A stretch of 64,000 bases of DNA from an uncultured Acidimicrobiia bacterium. Its GTDB lineage: Bacteria > Actinomycetota > Acidimicrobiia > Spongiisociales > UBA11373. The DNA is taken from contig CAWCKE010000005.1 in the NCBI GenBank assembly GCA_963796115.1, positions 564,505 to 628,504 on the forward strand, given 5' to 3'. Positions within the stretch are counted from its first letter, which is position 1. Each line of letters begins with the position of its first letter. Shown here piece by piece: positions 42,536 through 51,707 of the stretch. The notes beneath the pieces were generated by a model, which saw only the letters and a list, made by a program, of their open reading frames with translations, ran no database searches and was not told the origin of the DNA. Both the position numbers and the translations under genes were made by a program.

Positions 42536-43524
42536 ATGTCGAGCGGGAGGCGAGTCATGCGAGTCCGTGTAGTCCTCGTGCTGGCGGTGTTATTGGCGGT
42601 GGCAGCCCTGCCGGCTGCGGCGGGGTCGGCGACGGTGATGTGCCTTGGCCTGGAGGCGACCCGGGTGGGCACTGCCGGGGGGGAGACGATCAACGGGACG
42701 GCCGGGGTGGATGTGATCGTCGGTTTGGGCGGCAACGATGTGATCAACGGCTTGGGGGGGAACGACCGGATCTGCGGTGGCCTGGGTAACGACACGATCA
42801 GCGGCGGGCCGGGCAACGATCAGGTGCAGGGGAATGGGGGCAATGACACGATCTCGGGTGGTCTCGGGGCCGACATTCTCAAGGGTGGGGCGGGGGCCGA
42901 CACGATCACCGGCAATGCCGGGAACGACAAGCTGTTCGGGGAGGCGGGGGACGACAACCTGGACGGGAACCTGGGCACCGACACGGTGAGCGGTGGGCTG
43001 GGCACCGACACCTGTTACGGGGAGGGCAAGGCCGACCTGCGAGCTGCCGGCGCCGCCGGCGGACCTGGACTTCTCCTCGGGCAACGTTCACCTGGCGATC
43101 CCATCGGGCTTCTTGGTGAGGCCCGTGAGCAGCGTCATCAACGTGGGCGGTTCCGGGGTCATCGCCGATCTCAATGTCGAGGTCGAGATCGACCCACACG
43201 TATGTGGGTGACCTCAAGGTGACCCTCACCCATGTCGACACCGGCACCGCGGTCACCATCATCGACCAGCCGGGCCGTCCGGCTTCGACCTTCGGCTGCT
43301 CATCGAACAACATCGACGCCACCCTCGATGACGAGGCCTCGGCCCCTGTGGAAGACCAGTGCCGTACCACCTACCCGGCCATCTCCGGTTCGGTCAGGCC
43401 CAACAACCCGCTGAGCGCCTTCGACGGTGAGGACCTCGGCGGCACCTGGCGCTTGACCGTGAGCGATCACGCCACACAGGATTCCGGCTTCCTGGAGTCG
43501 TGGTCGCTGCACTTCCAGGCGTAG
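42536..43524 (+). CDS. Secreted RTX-repeat + proprotein-convertase P-domain protein (reverse domain order to 39311); about 2 frameshifts
   Basis: Signal peptide VVLVLAVLLAVAALPAAAGSA. RTX repeats GTAGVDVIVGLGGNDVINGLGGNDRICGGLGNDTISGGPGNDQVQGNGGNDTISGGLGADILKGGAGADTITGNAGNDKLFGEAGDDNLDG. P-domain IADLNVEVEIDHTYVGDLKVTLTHVDTGTAVTIIDQPG...SGSVRPNNPLSAFDGEDLGGTWRLTVSDHATQDSGFLESWSLHFQA. Confidence 0.75.
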
Positions 43525-43556
43525 ACGTCGGCAGGACGGGTGTGAGGGGGTCGGCC

Positions 43557-44048
43557 CTAGCCCGCCGCTGCCCGCAGGGTGAACGCCGAGCCCTCCCCGG
43601 CGTACGACACGACCTCGATGTAGTACACGCCGGCCTCGGGATCGGTGATCTCCACATGCTCGTCCCCGGTGCCGAACTGGTTCGACAGCCAGTCGTAGGT
43701 CTCGCCCGCTGCGGTCTTGGAATCCCTGGACGGACTCGATGGAACCGAGCCCCACGTACAGGTCGAGGTCGGCCGAGAGGCCGGTCAGGTCGATGGTCAC
43801 CCGGTCGGTGCCCGGCGGCACTCCGACGCAGTAGTAGGTGGCGGTCGCCGGGTAGGGCTGGCTGGTGGCCTCCAATGCCGACTCGACGGCCGTGCCGAGG
43901 CCGATGGCCACCGCCGGCGCATCACAGGTGATGCTCTCCGCCCCGGCGGCCGTCGTGGGCGAGGAGGAGTCGTCGCCGCACGCGGCGGTCAGCAGGAGCA
44001 CGCCGAGAACGATGAGAAACAGGATGCGCGGGGCCGCGACGATGCCAT
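43557..44048 (-). CDS. Lipoprotein with a pre-peptidase C-terminal (PPC)-like domain; 1-2 frameshifts
   Basis: ...ILFLIVLGVLLLTAAC|GDD lipobox. YYCVGVPPGTDRVTIDLTGLSADLDLYVGLGS then ...GDEHVEITDPEAGVYYIEVVSYAGEGSAFTLRAA (the typical PPC ending) lies in another frame. Confidence 0.55.
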
Positions 44049-44154
44049 GGCGCCACCTTTGCGTCGAGTGCTCCGCGGCAGGCTAAGACCCTCGCCGGCA
44101 CCAGGCAATACGTCGTGGACGGGGAGGGACTGGCGGCCCGGGGCCCCGGCGCCG

Positions 44155-45490
44155 CTAGGCGTCCGGTTCTCCCAGGGCGGCGATCAGCCGGGCCCGGCGG
44201 CGCCGGTACTCGGGGGTCTTGAGCGCCGCCGCCAGGTCCCACGACTCGGCCGACCGCCTGTTGGTCGGGGTTCATGGGCCGCAGGGCCCGCCGGATCGAG
44301 GCGACGGCCTCGTCGCGGCGATGGGCGGGGAGGAGGTCGGCGGCCGGGGGGTACCAGCGCTCCATCCAGCGCACCCGCAGCTGGTCGCCCCGCACCCGGC
44401 GGCGGAGCAGGCGCAGCAGCTGATGGCCACCGTCGTAGTGGCGGGTCGCGTAGGCCAGGACGTTCTCGTGCTTCATCCACGGCTTGCGCATCTGGGCCGT
44501 GCCTCGGGGATGGCCAGCAGGCGGTCCGCCAGGGAGTCGTCGATGCCGGTCGCGGCGACGGCGGCCGCGAGCAGGGTCTTGCGGAAGCACTTGTAGCAGT
44601 TGAGACAGGGCTCGCCGGGGCGGCCGCGGTTGCACGACTGGGCCACGCCGGCGAATTCCGAGGCAGACACGAGGCGGGTGGTCCCCACCTCGGAGATGCC
44701 GGCGGTCACCTGGTGCAGCGGCACTCCGACCGCATCGAACAGGACGCTGTACTGGCGGTAGTGGTCTCGTTGGGCGTAGTCGGCGAAGCGGGTCCGGCCC
44801 ACGCTGTAGGCGGACTCCATCACGGTGCCGAAGGCGATGGAGTCGTAGCGCCGCAGGTCGGCCAGCAGCAGGGCCGGCACCGCGTTGGCGATGTCCACCG
44901 GGAACCCGAACGGCCGCCGCAGGAACTCCAGGTCGGTGGGCACCACCTGGGTGGCTCGCCCCAGGCGGCCCACTGCCTCCACCGCCGCCAGCGCGGCTTC
45001 GGAGCGGAACCTGGAATGGGAGCGGCGCCGGCCGAGCGAGAGCACGTGCCCGGCCCGCCCGGCCCAGGCCAGCGAGGGCGGGACGACCCTGAGCAGATGA
45101 ACCGGCTCCGCCTCGGGCGGCAGCAGCGCCAGGGCCGCCGTCGAGTCCACGCCTCCGCTGTAGGCCAGGGCCGGCGTGCCTTGCGCCGGGAATGGGCCGA
45201 GGGTCGAGGGCCGGGTCGACGGGGCCGGCGGTCACCCGGATCGCCGCGGCCAGGGGGGCGCTGATCCCGACGGGGAAGAGCACCTGCCGGCCCACGAACG
45301 GCCTTATCGCCAGCAAGGCGGCCGTCGCCAGGAGGTCGGGATGGGTGCGGTCGGCGTCCCATTCGGGCGGCATGTCCAGCGCGCAGTGGTGCCGGAACAT
45401 GCGCACACGCCCATCCTGCAGCACGTCCCCGGGCTCGGGGTGGAAGGAGAACACGAGCTGTCGGCGGTGCTGCCGCCACCACACCCTCAC
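44155..45490 (-). pseudogene. PP-loop (SGGxDS) ATP-pyrophosphatase-like protein with an unrecognised N-terminal domain and a Cys cluster; several frameshifts
   Basis: LAYSGGVDSTAALALL PP-loop motif, ...SCNRGRPGEPCLNCYKCFRK cysteine cluster (QueC-like spacing), an N-terminal 100 aa or so (RVWWRQHRRQLVFSFHPEPGDVLQDGRVRMFRHHCALDMPPEW...), and a C-terminal helical tail. Confidence 0.55.
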
Positions 45491-45654
45491 CCGATCCTCG
45501 GTCCCGGCATGGCCGGAAGCCTATTCGGCCGGCTTTCGCTCGGCTGAGGCCGTGGCGGCCGGGAGGCCTCAGCCGGCCGCCGGCGGGGCGCAGGAGGGCG
45601 CCGATTCACCCGCTCTTCCCGGCGGCCGCGTAACCTGAGCACCGGGAGGTGGCC

Positions 45655-46802
45655 ATGAAGGCGAGAGGGCGGGCCGTTCTGGCGGCGGGGTTGATGCTGG
45701 TGGTGGCTGCCTGCGGTGATGACGACACCGCCGCTCGCCTGGCCGAAGCGGAGCAGCAGATCGCCGAGCTCGAGCAGCAGCTGTTCGCGGCGACGTCGAC
45801 GACCACTCTGGCCGGGGAGACCGAGCAGCACCACCGGCGGCACCACCAGCAGCGTCACCGCGACGACGGTGCTCCCCGGGGCCTACGTCGTGGCTGAAGC
45901 CGACAACTGCGTGATCGGCGTCGCTCAGGGCGACGAGGTCAACGTGCGCTCCGGCCCCGGTTCCGACCAGGACCTCATCGGCACCCTGGCGCACGATGCC
46001 GTCGGAGTGCACACCACCGGCTGGGCCGCGGCCGACGACGATGGTGACGAGTGGCGGCAGATCGTCCACGACGATGCCACCGCCTGGGTGTTCGCCGCGT
46101 TCCTGATCCCCTGCACCGTCGGCTCCCCAACCGGCTACTGCGTCAACGAGGCGGGCTGCACCGACACGCCCAACGTGCGCACGGGGCTGGGTACGGGCTT
46201 CGACATCATCGGCACGCTGGCGGCCGACGCGGTGGGGATCCAGGGGACCGGGGCCACCGCCTTCGACGATCGCGACCGGCCCTGGGTGCAGATCAGCCAC
46301 GAGGGAGGGGCGGGATGGGTGGCCGGTTGGCTGCTCATCTCCGAGCCTTGCAGCCCGGCCGAATGCCCGCCGCCGCCGCTGCCGTGGACCATCACCGTGG
46401 ACGCGGCCGGTCCCATCGAACTCGGCATGCCGGTCACCGACCTGGGGACGGCCACCCGCCTCTCGTGGGACTTCGAGGAACCCTGCGCCGCCGGCTGCCT
46501 CACGGGGACGGCGGCCGGGCTCGACGGATACATCATCTCCCACGACGGGACCACGGTGGACGAGGTCGACTTCGACGGCGACGTGGTCACCGAAGACGGC
46601 ATGCGCCCCGGCGACACGCTGGCCACCGTGCAGGACGATCTACGGGGCGCGGGTGCTGGACATCGGCGACGATGGGTTCGGCGGCACCGCGGTGTGGATC
46701 GACGCCGACGGCGACGACGACGCGGACATGATCGCCCTCCTGGACGACGGGGAGGTGCAGACCATCAGGCTGCCGGCGGTGCTGTCGGAGGGCTGCTGCT
46801 AG
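45655..46802 (+). CDS. Lipoprotein with two SH3b-like domains; about 2 frameshifts
   Basis: MKARGRAVLAAGLMLVVAAC|GDD lipobox and a coiled linker. Two copies of the pattern V..G..VNVRSGPG.D...IGTLA.DAVG....G........W.QI.H.....WV.A..L. C-terminal domain ends ...LSEGCC*. Confidence 0.6.
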
Positions 46803-46859
46803 CGGCTGAGGCCCGGGGCTCAGGCGAGCCGCGCTGGGGGTCACCCGCCCTGCTCGCCT

Positions 46860-47582
46860 CAGCAGCCGGTTCCTCTTGAGCCACCTGGGCCGGCGCCACT
46901 TGAGCACCGGGTCGGCGCGGTTGTCCTCCCAGTGGTCGTCGCGCTTGTAGGCCCAGAACTCGAAGGGGTTGTCGTAGTAGGCGGCCGTCTCCACCAGGCG
47001 GAAGAGGCCGGGCTTGCCCCGTCTGACGACCCAGGTGGCCAGCCCGGCCACCAGGCCCGAGGACGAACCAGGCGACGTAGACGGCCTGGTACAGCGGCCC
47101 GAAGGTCCGGCTCTGCCAGATGTGGAGCCCCTCGTGGCGGTCGAGGAGCCGTTGGCGGTCGGCCGGGATGCCCCTGCCGGTGGAGGCGTTGCTCACCACG
47201 TTGCCGAGGGTGAAGGTGAATCCCCGCCGCAGCGTGGCGCCCCCGGTCGAAGACGTGACGGTTGCGGCGGCGGCTCTGGTCGACCCGGTAGACCGGGCGC
47301 GGGCTGGGCCAGGTTCACCAGGTGGAGGGCGCTCCCGAGGGTGGTTCCCAGCAGGCCCCAGGTGGAGTCGGCCACGAAGGCGAGCCATCCCGTCGCGCTC
47401 CGCCAGTCGTACACCTGCCGCCCACCGCCCAGGGCGCCGTTGATGCCGGCCGAGACGCCGGTGGCGATGGACAGGGGCACCCCTCCCGAGCAGTCCCACG
47501 GCGCCGCCCAGCGCCGCCCCGCCGGCGGTGGTGAGGATCGTCTCGAAGGCCCTGGCGGCGGCAGGGCCATCGGGCGGCTCAT
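46860..47582 (-). CDS. Hypothetical membrane protein; frameshifted, 3' end uncertain
   Basis: ATG at 47582. ETILTTAGGAALGGAVGLLG / VPLSIATGVSAGINGALGGGRQVYDWRSATGWLAFVADSTWGLLGTTLGSALHLVNL / FTFTLGNVVSNASTG...HEGLHIWQSRTFGPLYQAVYVAWFVLG / LATWVVRRGKPGLFRLVETAAYYDNPFEFWAYKRD. Confidence 0.4.
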
Positions 47583-47635
47583 CGCGGCCCGACAGTACCC
47601 CGGTGCGCGGCTCGTGCTGCGCTCGACCGGGTCGA

Positions 47636-48324
47636 TCAGCGCGGCTGCCGGGCCTCCGCGGCCGCCCGGGCGCGGCGGGCGGCCCGGCGCGCCGCCCGCA
47701 GGGGCTCGGGGGTGCGGGGACGCCGGGTCGCGGCCAGCACGACCTCCACCGCCAGGGCGGGGTCGGTGCCCCAGGCGGCGTGCACCGCCAGCGGGCGAGC
47801 CCCGGTCCGGGTGCGCAGCCAGTAGCCGACCAGGTGCCCCGTCGAGGAGCAGGGGAGAGGCGGCCCCCCGTTCGGCGGCAGGCCAGTCCCCGGCGGCCAG
47901 CAGAGGGCGATGGGTCACTCCGACCGTGGGCAGCCCCAGCGCCGCTCCCAGGTGCAGGGCCAGGCCGGCCCGCCGTGGGTGGTCGCGCCCCGTGCCGTCC
48001 ACCAGCAGCACGGCCGGCGGGTAGGGGAGGGCGCGCACCGCGGCCTCCAGCAGCGCCCCTTCCCGCAGGGCCAGCAGGCCGGGCAAGTAGGGCCCGCCGG
48101 CCGAGCCCGGAGACGGCCACGGTGGACTGCGTCCGTCCCCGCCTGGTGAGGGCGGCCGCCGCCCACGCCGGGTCGCCGGCGGCACCGGAGCCGGTGCCTC
48201 CCCGGGCGAAGCAGACGTAGCAGGCGCCGATGGGGGCGGTGGGGTCGAAGGAGAAGCCGGGGCCGGGCGCCGCCGCCAGCGAGTCCTGGAGAGCGATCAG
48301 CGCGTCGGTGTCGTCCGGCCACAT
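47636..48324 (-). pseudogene. nfi: Endonuclease V; about 4 frameshifts as assembled
   Basis: [18 protein letters not shown]...ACYVCFARG; GGPYLPGLLALREGALLEAAVRALPYPPAVLLVDGTGRDHPRRAGLALHLGAALGLPTVGVTHRPL (the DG.G..HPR..G.A.H.G...PT.GV core); ...YWLRTRTGARPLAVHAAWGTD in another frame. Confidence 0.7.
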
Positions 48325-48340
48325 GACCTAAGCATGCCCG

Positions 48341-49393
48341 CTACAGGCGGTCGGTGAAGCCCCAATCGGCGGCGATGGCCTCGAGCACGAACCCGCTGAG
48401 CCGGTAGGCGCCGTTCCAGGAGAAGTGGGCACCGTCGTCCATGCGCATGTCGAGCAGGTCGCCCGAGTCGGTGCGCAGGTAGGTGGAGTACTCGCCGTTC
48501 TCGTCCTTGAACAGGTCGAAGATGTCCACGTAGACCACGCCGGGCCGCTCCGCCGCTTCCTCCTCGTAGACCCGGTTGAAGCCGATGACCCGCTGGGTGA
48601 AGCGGTCGTCGCGCATGATGGGCAGGCCCACCCAGTACACCCGGGTGGTGCCGGTGAGCAGCACGTCCATGGCCTCGCCCACCAGCCCGTGGTACACCTC
48701 GAGCCACTCCGGGGTGTCGGGCTGCAGCTCCCTGCCCTGCCAGGTGAGGGGCTGCCCGTCGTTGCCGCCGAACATGACCACCACTGCGTCGGGCTGCACC
48801 TCGGGCAGGCGCTGGGTGATGTGGGCCGGCCAGTCGAAGTAGTCCGAGCGCACCAGGCCGGAGATGAAGCGGAAGTCCACCTCGGTCTGCATCACGCCCG
48901 GTCTCGGCGGCGTCGTTCTCCAGGGCCGGCCCGAACAGCTCCACGAAGGAGTCGCCGATGATCCACAGCTTCATGGGCTCGGCGGCGGTGATCTCCCGCA
49001 GGTCGGCCGGGGCGGCGGTGGTCGTGGTGCTGCCGTCGTCGGGGATGGTCGTCGTGGTGGCGGAGGGGTCCCAGCCTTCCGGGTGGATGACCGTCGGGTC
49101 GGCGGTCCGCCGGCTCCTCGTCGGCTCGGGGGCGTGTAGCGGCCCAGCGCCCGGTCGACCAACTGGCGGGGGCGGTCGAGGAGGAGCACGCCGCTGATGT
49201 CGGCCAGCGGGTCCATGATCCCCACGGCCACCGTGCGGGTGGCGCCCAGGGGCTGGCGCTCGGCCGTGCGCAGCAGCGAGGCGGCGTTCAGGAAGGTGGC
49301 CAGGCCGAGGAAGATCAGTCCGGTCACCAGCACGTGGCCCGCCGCCGAGGTCCGGCGGCCGTCGATGGTGGTGGGCTTGCGTGGCTGGGTCAT
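48341..49393 (-). CDS. SGNH/GDSL-like (DUF459-type) membrane-anchored hydrolase/acyltransferase partner; about 2 frameshifts
   Basis: N-terminal [21 protein letters not shown] block [14 protein letters not shown] 48341..48895 carries [11 protein letters not shown] and MDDGAHFS (catalytic Asp/His region). Its ATG shares 1 nt with the MBOAT stop (TGATG). Confidence 0.7.
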
Positions 49394-50823
49394 CAGAACT
49401 GGAAGTAGATGAAGGCGGCGACGCCCTCGGGCCCGAGGGCGTCGATGAGCATGAGGGTGAAGGCGAGCAGTCACGCCCTGCAGCACGGGGCGCAGGCGGC
49501 TGAAGAGGGCCAGGCCGCGCTCCATGGCCGGGCGGGGCACGTACTGGGCGCCGATGCCGATGGCGATGGCCACCAGCACCGCCGGGGTGATCAGCGTGGT
49601 GGCGCCTCCCCAGCCGGTGAAGAGCCGGCCGAGCAACTCGAAGGCGGAGTCCAGCGAGTCGGCCCGGAAGAACACCCAGGCCAGGCAGACCAGGTGGAAG
49701 GTCCCCAGCCGCTTGAGCGGCGCGCAGCCACCAGGTGTCGGGCCAAGGGGCGATGCCCAGGGCGCGCCGCCGGTCGACGACGGCTCGCTCGGCGGCCAGC
49801 CAGACCCCGTGCAAGCCGCCCCAGACCACGAAGCGCCAGGCCGCCCCGTGCCACAGGCCGCCCAGCAGCATGGTGAGCATGAGGTTCACGTAGGTGCGCA
49901 GCCGAGCCGCGCTGGTTGCCGCCGAGCGGGATGTACAGGTAGTCGCGCAGCCAACGCGACAGGGTCATGTGCCAGCGCCGCCAGAAGTCGGTGATGCTCA
50001 GCGAGGTGTAGGGCGAGTTGAAGTTCTCGGGGAAGCGGAAGCCGAGGAGCAGGGCCAGGCCGATCGCCATGTCGGAGTAGGCGCTGAAGTCGGCGTAGAT
50101 CTGCACGGCGTAGGCGTAGATGGCGAACAGCGCCTCCGGCCCGGAGTGCAGACCCGGGGAGCCGAACACCTGGTCCACGATGTGGCCGGCGAGGAAGTCG
50201 GCGATGACGATCTTCTTGGCCAGGCCGATGAAGATGAGGTAGAAGGCCCGGCTCGAGTCGAGGTGGCGGGGGTCGCGGGGCGGGTGCAGCTGGGGGAGGA
50301 ACTCGCTGCCCCGCACGATGGGCCCCGCCACCAGGTGGGGGAAGAACGACAGGTACACCGCGAAGTCGAGCCAGCGGGCCGGGCGGATCAGCCCCCGGAA
50401 GACGTCGATGACGTACGACATCGCCTGGAAGGTGAAGAAGGAGATGCCGATCGGGAGCACGACCTCGAGCAGCGGCACGCTGGGGTGGAGGCCGACCGAC
50501 TCGAGGACGGAGGCGACCGAGGTGATCAGGAAGCCGTAGTACTTGAAGAAGGCGATGACCCCGAGGTCGGCCACCAGGGCTCCGACCAGGAACCCGCGCC
50601 GGGCTCGGGGGGTGCGGGCGGCACGGATGCGCACTGCGCAGAACTGGTTGACGACGGTGGCCCCGGCCAGGAGGAACGTGAAGCGCCAGTCCCAGAACCC
50701 GTAGAAGAAGTAGCTCGCCGCCAGGATGAACCAGCGCCAGGGCCGGGGGTGCTGCATGAGCAGCCAGTTCCCCAGGAAGACCACCACGAAGAAGATGGCG
50801 AACTGGACGGTCGGGAAGAGCAT
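49393..50823 (-). CDS. MBOAT-family membrane O-acyltransferase (AlgI/PatA/DltB-like); about 3 frameshifts in the 3' third
   Basis: [20 protein letters not shown]...[19 protein letters not shown]...[12 protein letters not shown]...[24 protein letters not shown], then [12 protein letters not shown] (conserved His) and ...VFFRADSL in other frames. Confidence 0.8.
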
Positions 50824-50926
50824 GGCTCCTCGGGGCGGCGGGCTGGTCCGGCGCCGGAACGATACCAAGGGGTCCAGGCGGGGTTGGCCCTCCGCGCCGC
50901 GGCGGGTGGCGCCCTCTCCCCGCCGC

Positions 50927-50946
50927 GGGGGGGGCGGGGGGGGGGG
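50927..50946. repeat. Homopolymeric tract G8-C-G11 (poly-C on the MBOAT coding strand), about 105-125 nt upstream of the MBOAT start
   Basis: Read directly from the sequence: cgc-gggggggg-c-ggggggggggg-ttc. It lies in the 145-bp gap between TetR stop 50969 and MBOAT start 50823. Confidence 0.9.
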
Positions 50947-50968
50947 TTCTGCCGCCTCAGTAGGGCCT

Positions 50969-51598
50969 TCAGTGCGAAGCGGAGCGGGGAGACCGTGGGG
51001 CCCTCAGTCCGCTGGGGCCCACGACCAGCATGCCGTTGAGCAGCACGTCCACGATGGTGCGGTACACCTCGACGGGAGAAAGGCCCTGGTCCTGCACGGT
51101 GTGGTAGTCCAGGAACCCGGTGACCACCTTCCAGAACAGCATCTCCACCACCGAGCGCCTCAACCCGGGGCGGATGCGGCCCTGGGCCTCGGCGCCGGAG
51201 TACAGACGGTCGAACAGGGCGGCGATGGCCCGGCGCTCCCGCTCGACGACCTCGGCGTGCACCTCCGGGTAGGCCCGCTGCAGCTCGGCCTGGGCCGCCT
51301 GCAGGCCGGCCGGCAAGGCGGTCACCAGCTCGCCGATGTGGGCCAGGAAGGCGTCCACGTCGGGGTGCGGTTCCTCTGCCCGGTTGGCCACCAGCGCGTC
51401 GAGCTCGTCGGCCAGGTGCAGGAAGGCTGCCCGCACCAGGGTCTCCCGGTCACCGAAGTGCCGGTAGACGGTGACCCGGGTGACTCCGGCGGCCTGCGCC
51501 ACCTCGTCCATGGATACCCGGCGGATCCCCCGGGCCGCGAGCAGTTCGCGGGCGGCCAGCAGGATGCGCTGACGGGTGGTTCGCTCAATTCCGGTCAT
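50969..51598 (-). CDS. TetR/AcrR family transcriptional regulator; intact
   Basis: 209-aa ORF with helix-turn-helix RILLAARELLAARGIRRVSMDEVAQAAGVTRVTVYRHFGDRETL. It is divergent from the MMPL gene. Confidence 0.9.
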   Translation of the reverse strand: MTGIERTTRQRILLAARELLAARGIRRVSMDEVAQAAGVTRVTVYRHFGDRETLVRAAFLHLADELDALVANRAEEPHPDVDAFLAHIGELVTALPAGLQAAQAELQRAYPEVHAEVVERERRAIAALFDRLYSGAEAQGRIRPGLRRSVVEMLFWKVVTGFLDYHTVQDQGLSPVEVYRTIVDVLLNGMLVVGPSGLRAPRSPRSASH

Positions 51599-51602
51599 CT
51601 GA

Positions 51603-51626
51603 TACGATCGTAACGAGAGCTGTTAC
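51603..51626. promoter_or_regulatory. Candidate TetR operator in the TetR/MMPL divergent region
   Basis: Perfect 10-bp palindrome tacgatcgta (51603-51612), overlapping the inverted repeat gtaac-N7-gttac (51610-51626). Confidence 0.3.
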
Positions 51627-51707
51627 ATCTGTCCATCGATCCCGGAAGGGTCCTCCCGGCCCGCCGGAGCGGTCGGACAGACCGACATCGAGGCTGCGCA
51701 GGGAGAC

